Assembly (NCBI GenBank): GCA_907165135.1
Contig: OU015569.1
Location: 2,356,001-2,420,000 of the forward strand
DNA length: 64,000 nucleotides
Reading direction: 5' to 3'
DNA from: Oikopleura dioica
Lineage: Eukaryota > Animalia > Chordata
In this document: positions 1 to 12,824 of the stretch, piece after piece
How the letters are laid out: every line of letters begins with the position of its first letter
Numbering within the stretch: position 1 is the stretch's first letter
The notes under the pieces: generated by a model
What the model was told of the DNA's origin: nothing
Database searches by the model: none
What the model saw: the letters and a program-made list of their open reading frames with translations, nothing else
Made by a program: the position numbers and the translations under genes

Positions 1-3000
1 AAGGGAAACTCAATTATATGGAAATATAAAATGCTGCCTGTTCGGGATGTTCGATATAATAATACATAGTTGGTATCAGCATCGATACGAAAATGACGGT
101 ATCCATTAAATACCAGCTGTTATGATAAGAAATAAACTGTTAAATAAAGAACAAGTCATCTGTAAGAAAATTCTGTCTAAAAACCCTTTGCAAAAGCAGT
201 ATTCTCCAGTGCGCAAGCTCCAATTTGGCAGTAACAGTCTGGCAATGCCCCTGTCAACATCTTTGACATCGATAATTTCGTCAGGGTCTGTGCCATCAGC
301 ATAACCGCGGCACATGGGCAGCCAATCCGGATTTTGTGACCAGTCATCGGCGCTTTCCTTGGTTTCGTCGCAGGACGCGTTTACGTTTGTTGATTTATTC
401 AATTGAGATTCTAGCGCTCCCCGGTGCGCCATGTCATCAAGCAGCGTTATAAAAACATCTCTCAAGGGGGCAAAAATTACCTAGGACTTTCTGAGATTGT
501 TTACCCCGTCGAGAGTGGTAATTGCGACCAATTAAGAGACGCATATTTGCTGCATTCTCATAAACGCACGGGTGTAGCGAAAAATAACACTGTGAAAAAA
601 TGACTTTGAAACCATTAGCTATGAACAGACGTCCCAGATTGAGAGCAGCTTACGTTGGGCCGCTTCTTCCACAAAGTCCAGCGCATGTTATCGAACTTGC
701 ATGGGTTGATCTGAATTGGATCTTTCCGCGGGTTATCTTTTCGCAACCTAGCAGTTTACAAAATTCTCTATGACAATATAACCAAGGACACGTTGTACCT
801 TGGTATTATTTGGATAAATTATTTGCCACGACAAAGTGTAAAACTAATCATCATAACAAGCTATTATTAATAGTTTTAAGTGTGAGCTGTTTAGAGGTCC
901 CGTTTTAGCCACAAAGTGTGACTCTCGAGTGTTGCTGAGTCCCCTTTTCCAGTTATATAATAGACAAAGAAATTGTATTAAAAAAATAACCCTAACTTGG
1001 CTCGTCTGATTTTGCTTGCTATCGACTTGAACTTCGAGAAGGACTGAGCGTGAGCGGTAAATCGGACTGAGTGGAGTGTGTTCAAGCTTCGGCGGTTTAC
1101 AAGGCGGCTTAATGGTAAAGAAGTTCCATTGTTTGCCGTCTGGGATCGTATAGAGCCTGGCGGTGTTATTCGCTGTCGCCTTGATCGCATAATCGCTCTC
1201 GTACTGTGCTCGCCAGAAAAGAATCCCTTGATTGTCACTGTCGATGGATTAGCTTACTCAGAGTAAAGACGCCGTTTCCGCGTTTTATTAATCAATTATC
1301 GAGCTCACTTTTCGGAACTCACTTAAAGTGAATTCAAAAGAAAATCTTAAATTAAAAAAAAAACTGAGAAGTGATCAGATTGGCAATCCACTCCTGACCC
1401 TCGTGTCCGACCAGTTATTATCCGTTGTTCTGATGGAATAGGAGGTTTGTTTTCCATTTCCTTTCGCGTAGTTGACAGAAATCGCCACACAATCATTCGA
1501 GAATATAATATCCGTTTCAGTAGAATTAGAACTTGAAGATGGGTCAAGATTGACTGTCGAATTGATCGTACTACAAGTCCATGAAGGAGGCAGCAAACTA
1601 CAGAACTGTCAAAGAAACAGAATCAAGTTTCGGCCGATATATGAGCAGGAAGAAACTCGACTCAGTTAATTTCAAGGATTCAAAGGAAACCCGATAGATA
1701 GATAAAAGTTTAGTATGCAAGCAATTACTTCTTAGACCCAGGCCTGACAACAATTTGAGCTTCGCCTCCAGTGAACACTCAAAAGGGTTAAAAATTTTCG
1801 CTAACACATTTTAGTTAGAAAAAAAAATAATTAACCCGCGCTATCGGAGTGACGACATCTATTTCCACGGCAGTTGATACCTGACAACTCAACAAGCTAT
1901 TAAAAAAGCCTTTCTCGTCGCTGAGCGAGGCTTGAACGGAGATGGTATCGCCTGCTGTTATACCATCTATGTCAATGACCCTGTAAGCGACGTTCACTCA
2001 AGCGGCCCAAATTTGCCCCCTTAGTAAACTTGTTATGAACGTTTCCTGAGTTTGTATTCCCAATCAGCAGAAGTCTCCGTCACTCCATTCACCGTCCAGG
2101 TAGAGACGATGTTCGTGTTCTCAAACATGGACGGTCGCAGTCGATGGTACTCAACGCCATCAAAGGTACAAAGCTGAAGACGACAAGTCATCCTGTCAAG
2201 CTCTACTGCCGGCTTTCCATTGATCAGGTCAATCATGCAAACAGGGTCGTTTTCAGTTTGAGCTTGCGAGCAAATCACAACGTTTTGACAGACCGGGAGA
2301 TCAAATGCCATGAACGTTTTTGAGGTTGAAATCATTGAAACTTCATTGATAAAATCGATCTCCATTGTATATTGCCCTGTAAATTGAGAGAGTTCTGATT
2401 GACCGGCTCGCCAATATATTTTTTTAAGAAATCAATTCAAGTAAACAATTCTTACGGGGCATGACTTAACCCAAAAATGACGGGCACTGATGATAAGGGT
2501 TGAAAATACCTCCGAGGCATTGCTTCAGTTGAATTCAAACACTAAAATACTTGGCGAGCCGTTTGCTAGACTGAACGTTCCATCCGTCCTGTCCATCCGA
2601 AAAGATTGAAATAGCAGGTCAGGAAGAGAAAGATCGATTGTCGAGATTTTCACGTTGCTTGCGAAATAGACAATCAGGAAATCACGCTTGTCAAACACAG
2701 GAATACAGGCGCTTTCCTGCCCCGGAACTCAGCAAGTAATAATTATTTTAAACATTACCCGATGCGGAATAAAGCAATAAAGAAGAAAGATGAGATCGAT
2801 GAGGTTGCAAAAATTTTAGCTCATGACGTTTGGCGTCGAATGTTTGGCTCAACCTCTCGGTTCAACTATCTCGAAAAATTATTGTAAGCGGTTGTTTGGA
2901 GTTCTGTCCTGGCAGTTTCTTTTAAACTCCTCGTTGCTCGGGTGGTAGTACGCACGTGCTTATCAAGGTTCTGATAGTATTCCAAAAACCACACAATTAA

Positions 3001-6000
3001 TATCCACATTTACAAACACCAATTCAAACCCTGGCCTGTCGGGTACTCTAAATAAGGCAAAATAACAAGAGCTGCTTGGATGGAAACATCAAGGTAATAA
3101 GTTTTCTCCTCCGCTTCGTTGAAAAGCTCCAAGATAAGTTGGTACTCGACGATTTCGCTGGATGACTCGAATGAAAACGATGCACCGAAATTGCGACTAT
3201 TCTCCTCCAACTCCCAAGATATGTTTTGCGGCGCCACATTTGATACAGCTTGAAATCGAAGCTCAGTCGATACTGTCGCAAAAATCGTCGCCCAAATGTC
3301 TTCAGACGGATACGCAAGTAGTAATTGGTATAAGTTGGGAACACTTTTCTATAATCTTTTATGATAGGGCTTCGCGCCACAAGATCCTCCGGTCCTACTA
3401 GAGTCAAATCTCAAAAATAGGTATTTCTAAGGCAATGGTAATATCATATGACGTAAAGAAACACAATAATTTGCAAGTTAAAAGCTTATTCGCTGGTACG
3501 AGGAAGAGCGGTAGACGGTTTACCGTAAGCCACAAAGACAACAACAAAAGTGCTGGTAGCGACTGAGGTTTTAATAGTCATCTTCTGTACCCGTTCTCTA
3601 TTGATTCGCCATTCAGTAAGACAGCCTCCAACTCCACCTGCTCGACTACAGTGATAAAGATGGTCTTCCGCGCCTCACTTAGTCTGTTTGAAGCCTTGAC
3701 AGTTATATTGTAACGTCCGACAGAGCTGATTGATAAGGACTTGAAATCCTCAATACCGGAGTAACTTTGACTTTCGACTCCGGATATCAAAAACTGATAA
3801 GTTATGTTATTTCCCAATGATTTGCCCGTTTCGATTTTGAAACGCTTGTCAACTTTGGACAGCTTCATTTATGCATTGGTAGCTTTAAAAATACCGCAAA
3901 TTCAGCGATAAAATATGCCCCATTTTTCATTGACAATCTTGAAGCTTTCCTGGAACGTAATTTTCTGTTCTAAATTTCGTCACGGGCAGAACTTCGAAGT
4001 CGGCAATTGGCTCAAGAACTTTGATGGTGAGCTCGTAAACTTCGGAATCGCCGTTCAAGTTCGTCGCGTAAATGTTGAAATAATGATTTCCGTATTGGCT
4101 CACAGTGAAGGACCACGTGTCGGACACAGTTGCATCGTCGGCAATGACGGCATCATTGCTGTCCCGAACAGACCACTTGTAGAGAGTGACGGCTTCTGAA
4201 TCTTCGCTCAATCGGACGGTAAATCGCACCGTGGAATTTAAAAGCACATATTCAGAGTCCAAATTATTGATGACCACTTGAGAGATCTCGGGAGCCGCAA
4301 CGACATTTACAAAGACCGAATTTTCAATCGTGCCAAGGAGATTTACTGCTTGCAACTTTATTTCGTGCTGTCCAAGCGACTTCAAATGGGATTACAAACA
4401 TAAACGATTTTAGATAATGATAATTATAGAGCTTTTAATCCTTTGCCTTCATGGCCCAGTTGAGGGAGCCGGTCGGGTCCTCAGGTTCAAACCAGGCCGG
4501 AAAATCGGGCAAGATCTGATAGCGATACTGTAGGTGACTTCCTTTCTCCACGTTCGGGCGTATCCAGACCCTTCCATTAGGAGGAAGGGTATTTTTCGAA
4601 AGGTAAATACTTAGTCCCGATATTCGCTCCACCGCCAAGAAAGTAATGATAGATGATCGTGTACAATTCTCGCATGAACCACCGTTGCACATGATCGCCT
4701 CTGCTCGATAAGTTCCTGCCTGGTCGAGTCTGATTGGTTTTCTTTCGTCAGCTGCTGAGCCTTTCTCGCTGATGACTGTATTGTTTGTTTCTGTTCGTAC
4801 TACTTGCCATTTGATTTCGCGAATTCCAAAATCGTCTGCGTCGAAATTTCTCTCTATTTCCAAGTCGAACTCCACGCCAACTTCAGCAACATCTACAGGT
4901 TTGATTGTAAAGGAAGGAATGTCAAGTAAAATCGTTACGGCAAGGCTGCCAGTGATGACTTCGCCATCAAGTCGCCACGTGCGTGATGAAACTGTGTAAG
5001 TCCCAGTACGAGTGTACTCATGCTTCAAGTTCCCAAGTCCAGTGCTTTCTAAAGTTATGTTTTTCGGCCCAGAGCCGTCTCCGAAATCGACTTCAATCAG
5101 GTTGATACTTTCAGTTACAGAAGCGTTGCATTGAAGCTCGTTTAGTACGACGGCGATCGGGTCACATCGAAGCTGACTTTCTCCCGGGGGATCGATGACT
5201 TTAGTTAGCTTTTTAAATGAATTGGAAAACAGGGAATGCGTCTGTACATGATGTTTTACGTGGTTGTGTTCGTGTAAGGAGCTTAGATTGTGGAACACAA
5301 GTAAGAAGCACGTATATAGAAAAAAACTATGGCGCAGCTGAACATCATTATTCGTGTCCTTTAACCTAAAGATACTTCGTACTTTTCGTTTGATTTCAGT
5401 TCGACGGAAAGGTTCTGTTCTCACGTAATTTTCGGATTAATCACTTTGTTAAAAATCAGTATTTGTAAAAATCAGTAAAAAGCTTTTCCTGTGAGAAGAT
5501 GCGTAAGGGTTGCTTCGAACGGCGAAAAAGTGCTTCTAACAAAGCAGGAAATGTTAAATGTTCCTACTCGCGGGAAATAAACATCGACAGTATCTCCCAC
5601 CGCCTCATCTCCGTTCCCGAGATCCCAAACGAGCTCAAATCGCTCGTTCCAGTTCGCAAATTGTTGGAAATTGCCGACTACGTAGAGCTCAGTGCGCGCG
5701 TTTGTCACGACGCGCGAGGCAATCGTAAACGGTAGCAGGAACGTTGGCTTGATGACGGTCAACTCGATTCGCGGAGCGACGGCCACGATTTCCTCGTTAA
5801 CCTGCGAAAGGAGGCTAAAGTCCAAGCTGTTCGAGGGTTGCTAATTGTTCACAAACTAATGTCCATTGGCTTTGGTGGAGAATGGATAGTTCTATACTTA
5901 TTTTCTCGAAATAACATCATCCGCGCTAATGTTAATGTCCGCGCGTATCTGCAAACAAGTTAAGTTGTTTGTAGATACGCACAAGATGGTAGTCGGATGC

Positions 6001-9000
6001 TCAATTCTCGCTCGATGTATTCAAAATTAGCGACCCAAAGCTGAACGTGCCCGCGTTGCCAGGCGCAGTAAGCCGCAGATCATCCCCGTCGCTGAAGGTT
6101 TGAGAGAGAAGCGTCCCGCCGTCTACTTTGAGCGTATTCCCGTTCAAGTTGCTGACTCGGAGGGAGAAGGTCTCGCCAGTCTCAACCATGCGAACAAGCT
6201 CGCCTTCGATATTTTCAACCTCGACATTGAAGTCGGTAAATCGCTCCAGAATTATAACTTGCGCAGTGGCCGAAAGAACTATCTCCGGAATATCGTCCAA
6301 TTCCAACTCGACGAAGACTTGATACTGACCGGGCGATGAGAATCTGTACCGATTCTCCACCCTGTTAAAACGCTCATCTGCCGCTTCTCTGCCTTCAAAG
6401 AACCATGTAACCGTATAAGAAAGCGAGCTTGGCTAGATTTCCCAGTTGAAATAAAGTAATCGTCTTAGTTTTTATGTTACATGTTCGTCTCTAAAATCGA
6501 GCCGGGGAAAGCCGCAAAAGCGCATGTTCGGTTCTCATAAATCGCCGCAGAAGGCAAATCTTTACTTGTTACTCAAAAAATCAAGCGCTTTTCCCAGCCA
6601 AGCAAGAATTTCTTGACATCTTATTCAATCAGATTCTGTATGTAGAATTTTGAAATCCTCCCTTAGAGTTTGCGTATTCTCCATCGTAAGCCAAAAATCC
6701 ACCGTTTCATCGACAAAGTATGATTTCGCGGAATTGAACGAAATCTGTAAATTCTCGATTCTTTCAAAGGAAATTACGGACCAGCATCGATAAACGCTTT
6801 CTATGTGGTCGAATGAAATTCCATACTGCGCCAGCATCGGATGGAATTCGCCCATTTGCCAGGCCTCCGCGTAGACGTTCAGTTGAGCTTCCTCATTTCC
6901 CGAAAACTGTATTGAGCGATAATCGACCGTTACTGTGGAAATGTTCGCGTTATTCTGAAGGGAGATGTCGATGTTTGCGGAGGAGGCTCGTTCAAGACCA
7001 GTTTTCGTCAAGCTCTCAGAAAGTGAAGATCTGGAACTGTAGGACTGCGTTGAGACCTAAACAAAGTTGGCATTTGCATTATTCATGCATGGACTTGAAA
7101 TTGCAGCTGAATTGTAAAGGAGCTTCTAACTATATCTTATCATTTCAGATAAAATGGACAAGGGCACTTCATGCACATAATAATTTACGTGATGGATTTG
7201 GCCAGTGGCAATCAGTGCACTGACCTGGGCTCGGCAACCTGAGTAGAAAACCTGAGTCAGGGTCTGAAAGAGCAAAGATTAAAAGCCGCGTAGCGGCTTT
7301 TTTCGAAACGAAGTCGCGAAGCGGCTTCGCAAGATTATTATTCCATCTTATATTTAAATTCTGGCGAAGCCGCTTCGCGGCTTCGTTTCTAAAAAAGCCG
7401 CTACGCGGCTTTTAATCTTTGCTCTTTCAGACCCTGACTCAGGTTTTCTACTCAGGTTGCGGAGCCCAGTGTACTGAACAGAGTACACTCAGAGTTGAAA
7501 TTTGACCTTCTAAAGCTGGGAGACACGCTTTTTGAGGAGAATTCATTAATCAAAACAAAAGGGCCGCTTCCTGCCGTTCTGGGGGCAGCTCTTGATTTTG
7601 CAGAATTTTGTAAAACTGCGTCCGCGAGTACTGGAGCACTTTATTGCCGCGGTGGAAATTTGCAACTTATCTACTCGGCCGAGTTGGCCGCCAACCACAT
7701 GTCCTCCAGATTTTTTCCTCAGAATAATTAACTCTAACATTGGCCACAAGATTGCACCGTCTCAAAGCCCGTTAAGCTTCTTATTAGCGAGCGGATACAA
7801 ATATACTCGTGTTCGCGCGTACCTGAAGATCAGTACTCCCATCAACATAAAAGGTAAGTCTAAGCGGATCTCCGTCGAAATGGCAGTAACAAAGAGTCGT
7901 TCCATTATTACACGGGATCGTCGTCTCGTAGACACCGCTCAACTCCATACTGCTGTACTCAAAAACCCCATTTCCAAGATTTATTGTCGATTCGGGCACC
8001 CAACTAAGTAGACCAGCTGCGTAATTGTCTGTATTCGTATCGCGGAAAACGCCATAGCTTTCACGGGATTTTTTGAAAAACAAAAGATACAACTTTTATT
8101 TACGTTTGCGTAAAATGGGCTCCTAATAAGCAGCTATTATTTCTTCTCCTTGCGGAAAAGTGCTTATTTTTGGCGTTGGGAAAAAGAACGCGCGTGTTTC
8201 CCACCGTGGTCATAATTGATAGAAATCATCAGTTCCTGATTCGGGAAAAAAGCTCTTGTTATGCGTTAAGCCCATTCACTGGAGCTGACAAAGTACTGCC
8301 AATGTCACAAGCCACTAATAGTGATGTCCGCTGCCCCGATTCTATGTAGCTACTACAATTACTTGATCACAAATGACAAGTTACAAGATAATCTATCCAA
8401 GAGCAGGGAAAACTTGTTCAAAATCAGATCTGCCGTTTTGCAATTTGATTTTAAATGCCCCAGAAAGGACACCTCTGGAAAAGTACTAAGAAAGCCACAG
8501 GGTCTGGCTCAGGTTTACTGGATAGAAGTTTTGGTTTGTTTTCGTAAGCTTCAAGTGCAATTCGTGCGCGCGCCCAACCCATGAGGGTCCTTGCGTAAAC
8601 GGCTTACGCCAGACTTTACGAATTAAAACAACTCAGAATTAGAGCCACAGAATCCCGTCCCTGGGAGCGATGATTGCCGTCTTGTTCAGAAACACGTTTC
8701 CATCTGCGTCACGCACGATTCCGCGGTACTCGTCTGTGAACCCGATCGAGTTCTCTGTGTGCCCAAGGAGAAGAAACGCCATCGTAGTATTGAAGGTCGG
8801 GTGCAGTTCATCCCGGATTAGATACGTAAAGCCTTTTTAATGGATATCAAAAGATTTTTATACTTTCAACGTGAAAGAGCAAGAATCTGTCGAGTTCTGT
8901 GAAAACGAGAAGATGATCCATCTTTTCCTGTTGTATCTAGATCTGGATCAGCTGCCCCAAAAATAATCCCATACGATTTCGTTCCGTTGACGACAGCTAT

Positions 9001-9090
9001 GTATCGGAAATTCTCGCTTGGATAGATCTCCACCGTCTGGGCTAGCAACTGGACGAAGAAGACCCACAGCAGTTGAAACATCTTCAACAT
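1..9090 (-). CDS. Polycystin-1-like / PKD-domain secreted or membrane protein, multi-exon, 3' end outside the window
   Basis: Signal-peptide-like start MLKMFQLLWVFFVQLLAQ at 9090. Co-oriented minus-strand exons (8866-9090, 7784-8092, 6625-7011, 6001-6360, 5472-5825, 4435-5198, 3927-4385, 3578-3868, 3010-3237, 2033-2365, 1815-1997, 106-465) encode beta-rich Ig-like repeats with PKD signatures WDLGNGD and VDFGDGSG and G.Y.V/I motifs. The frame is still open at position 1. Exact exon boundaries are only partly resolved. Confidence 0.8.
7225..7469. mobile_element. MITE family A, full-length palindromic copy inside a PKD-gene intron
   Basis: About 100-bp inverted arms CTGGGCTCGGCAACCTGAGTAGAAAACCTGAGTCAGG...CCTGACTCAGGTTTTCTACTCAGGTTGCGGAGCCCAG with internal AAGCCGC(N3)GCGGCTT hairpins. 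Flanks tgcactga/tgtactga are TSD-like (one-base offset). Confidence 0.9.
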
Positions 9091-9630
9091 CCTCGTGTTT
9101 GTTTTTTTAGCCAAAGTTGAAATTCTCCATTTTTTGATTTTCGTTTTTTTTTCGCCAAATTGTGGATTCTCTCTGATTTTCTGACTCTGGCGCTTTTGTG
9201 CCCAAGTCCACTTATCCGAGAAGCAAAACTAACAGGCAGCTTTTGTTTTATATAAATGAGCTGAAGACTATGAAACTTCCACCACTCATTTACAAATATT
9301 TGGGCGTAAGCGCTTTAGGGCATGTTCGCTTCTCCCCGAAGCCCCAGCAAAGGTCAACACGCAGCATGTGATTTTTTCGAGTCCAGTTCGAGTAATTTTG
9401 AACGGTAAAAAAAGGTTTGCGATTGAAACGACCGTTGCACCACTTCTTTTCCGTAAAGCGGAAAATCAATTCGTTTTCAGAAGCCACTCGCAAAAAGAGA
9501 CTGTCTATTTTAACGCCTTCAGATGCGTCAAAACAAAGAAATTGTTATTCAGGTTTCGAAACTTTGCTAAATTTGTTTCCTCAGAAAAATAATGAGTCCG
9601 ATTGGAAAGAAAGCGAAGCTGTGTTATTAA

Positions 9631-9976
9631 GGACCCCCGTCAACAATTTTTGAAAAATCAAAAATCGGCTTTTCATAATTTTGACCCCGGAAATCGATTC
9701 TATAGGTCAAAAAACGATTTTGAGGCTTCATTTTTTCGGGGTCTATCTCGACTCTAACACCCTCAAAATCGCGTTTGAAAATTGGACTTTTTGATGAAAA
9801 ATGACGAAAAAGTCCAAATTTTGCTAAAATTTTAGATTTTTATTGGTCAAAAATTGCTCCGGACAAGTTTTAATGATGTATTGAACTTCCAGGCACACTA
9901 AGAAGCCAAAATATGGCTGTTTTGAAATTTTCGATTTTTTGAGGAAAAGTGTTGACGGGGGGTGGGGGGGGGGTCC
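9631..9976. mobile_element. MITE family B (TTAA TSD, GG termini; Kolobok-like, non-autonomous)
   Basis: TTAA|GGACCCCCGTCAAC ... GTTGACGGGGGGTGGGGGGGGGGTCC|TTAA. The interior is homologous to the copy at 27223. Confidence 0.8.
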
Positions 9977-11115
9977 TTAAAAGTCGATCTAAGGAATACT
10001 GTAATCAATGTTGTGGGTTTGGGTGGGGTTTAATACGCTTGCGCAAGCAAAGCAAAGCAAAAAAAAAGTCGACAAGCTGGATTGTTTTCAGTGAAAATGA
10101 AGCTCGTTTGTTAAATTTAATAATCGAGCGATCGAGCTGGGGAGGCCGTGTTTTGCAACTCTGTTTGGCGAAAAACATCGGCGACTACTTTTTTCGAATC
10201 CTATTTCGGGAAATCGTGTTGCCCACAATTCTACATGTTTTCAGCTAAACGCGACATGAACACGCCTGTGCACTTCTAAAAGGTTCCAAAAATTGCTTTT
10301 CTTGGCCAAATTTTACAACGCCCTGGAATGCAAATGTCGCCTCTGTTTCCAACAATTTGAAAGCTCAATTTTAGAAATTGGGCTGAAAGAGTTGCCAACG
10401 ATTTTCGAGAATTGGAGGCGAGTTACTGTAAGCAGCAGCGGAAGAATTTGATAAGCGGCGATCTGGTCGGTAGATATTTCACGAAAATGTGCTCAATGTT
10501 GGACCGTGCAGAATGGATTACTCTACTAAACCTTGAAAGCGGCGAGACTAAAGCCGCTTTCCACGAGTTCTCTTTTTCCGGCACAAAATGTCTTCCCATA
10601 GAAAGTGTCCTCCTGAGAAGCTTTCATAAGAGCGAGTTCACTTCGGCGTCGGCCTCGTTTTCACGGCACGGGGAGGTCCTTTTTGGATCCTCACTGGAGC
10701 TCATTGGAAATACATGTCACATGTGTTTCGAAAGCCTCACTGAATTGGGAAACGCGATTAACACGACTGTCACGCCAGGTGCTACTTTCAAATTTCATTT
10801 TTTCCAGGCGCAAATCAAATTTTCTGCATCTCCAACAAACACAACAAAATTAGAACCCAGCGGAGTTGATAAAACAAGCAATACTTGAAACGTCCCAGTT
10901 TGGAAGCTTGAAACTTCCAATTTTATAACATAAAATTTTCCTGTAAAATGTCATGTTCATTTTCAGAAATTGGCCTTTTCCGTCTGAGATTCAGTATCTT
11001 CAATATACGCAATAAAATAAAAGAAGTGTCATTATTTATAAACTCTAAGAGAAAAAATGGGACAAATTCGTGATTTACGATGTCCACCTCTTTTAGATTA
11101 CAAGAAATGTACTGT

Positions 11116-11228
11116 CTAGACTCGGCAACCTGTGTAGAAAACCTGAGTCAGGTTACGCGGCTACGCGGCTTTTCATTTTAGCTCTTCAAAGCCTGACTCA
11201 GGTTTTCTACACAGGTTGCCGAGCCCAG
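11116..11228. mobile_element. MITE family A, internally deleted copy
   Basis: Same terminal arms (CTCGGCAACCTGTGTAGAAAACCTGAGTCAGG ... CCTGACTCAGGTTTTCTACACAGGTTGCCGAGCCCAG), most of the interior missing. Confidence 0.9.
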
Positions 11229-11985
11229 ATTACTGTCACATAAAAAATGATTAAATATGGTTTTCGAAAGGCCTCGTTATTCTAAAAATACGAGATCAGA
11301 GGCGGAAGGATTGATAGGAAACGGAGAAGAAAAATTAATCCGGCCACATCTGCGGTTCAATCTTGTTCAAGCTTGGAAAGAGCGCGATTAAGTATGAACG
11401 GGCGGTTACAGTTACCACACTCGTCGACCAAACACTACTCTGGCCTTTTTCCCTTTCACCCTTGACGCGCTCAAGTTTTCGTTCGCGAGTTATCTCGGCG
11501 ATAATTGCGGGGATGGAAGAAGAATGCGCTATAAATATTTTGTTTGGCTTGGAAGGAGTCGGGCGCGCTACTCGGAATGGAACTAACGGGTCTAAATCCA
11601 CGTCTTTGGCGAAACCACGCGCTGCAATGCGCCAGCCGACCGCGGAATTCATTTTTCCGAAAAGACTATTTTCCGTTTCTGCAACGCATCATTCTATGAT
11701 CTTGTTGCTGCTCCGCGAAAAGTTCTTTCTTCTTGTTTGAAAAATATACGGGCCGCGTATCTTTTTTTCGCCTGAGAAAAAGAAAGATTCAAAAGAACAA
11801 ATGGCAATATCCCTCGGAGCTTTCCATTGAGTCGCGAATAAGAAGGACGTTCGAGTAAGTTCTCACGTTAGCTTCAGAGTCTCTATTAAACCCTCTGTCT
11901 CACTGTTTGTAAATTTGAAGTAGAGGGAGGTACGAGCTCTTATTCCCGAAACAAAAGTCTGCTTGAAATCGAACTCATAAGTTAA

Positions 11986-12824
11986 GGGTGTCAACAACGA
12001 TCGAATAAGGGCGTCTCTTATGATTCGACCAATAAGTATCTTTTTATTTAGCTTACAAGGATTCCAAATCTTTTTTCAGATCTGAAATATCTCATCTAGA
12101 ACACGAGATATGAAACATTCTATAGGCGCGCTAATGCACTAGCGCTTGAGCTACTGAAGTAGAAATGCACTATTAGAAAGGTGATTTTTTAATTTCCGGT
12201 TTTATACATCAAACTATATATTTTCTGAAAGCTTGAAAAAATCTCTATTCGCTGATACCAATATTGATAAGATCAGGCAATTTTTTCAAGTTCGAACTGC
12301 GCGCCAAAAGTCGCAAACACCTGCTCTTTGGCGTCGGGAAAGAGGATTAAGGGATTAATCAGTATACAATCTGAGCGCACCGGGTGATTGCCGAGGTATT
12401 AAACTATTATCCCTGTGAAAATAAGAATATTCGAGCTTTAGGAACACCACTAAAGTCGAGCACAAAAATTCGGAAAATCGTATGTTTACATAATGCATGC
12501 TGTCCGGATGCATGCATGCGAAATCGAAAAAAGGGCTTTCAGAGGCGTCGTACTTTTGTCTGAAGATTCTTCTCTGAAAATTTCAGATTCACACCTCATC
12601 TAGAATTCTAGTAACGGGGGTCAAAAGTTACCCCTATTTTGTGTAAAACGGGCTTCCTTTGAAGTCAGCGGGAGAATTAACGAGAGTACTAATCCAAAAT
12701 CGGGCTTTCAGAGGCGTCACAAAAGGGTTTAAACTTTCTTTTGACATATAAAGAATCTTGAACAACCCAACTTAAGGTACCTCTACCGGGGTCAAAAGTT
12801 GGCCGAAAATCGTTGTTGACACCC
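11986..12824. mobile_element. Non-autonomous DNA transposon family C (TTAA TSD, 16-bp TIR; Kolobok-like)
   Basis: TTAA|GGGTGTCAACAACGAT ... ATCGTTGTTGACACCC|TTAA with a perfect 16-bp TIR. Internal direct repeats GGGCTTTCAGAGGCGTC and GGGGTCAAAAGTT. No coding capacity. Confidence 0.85.
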
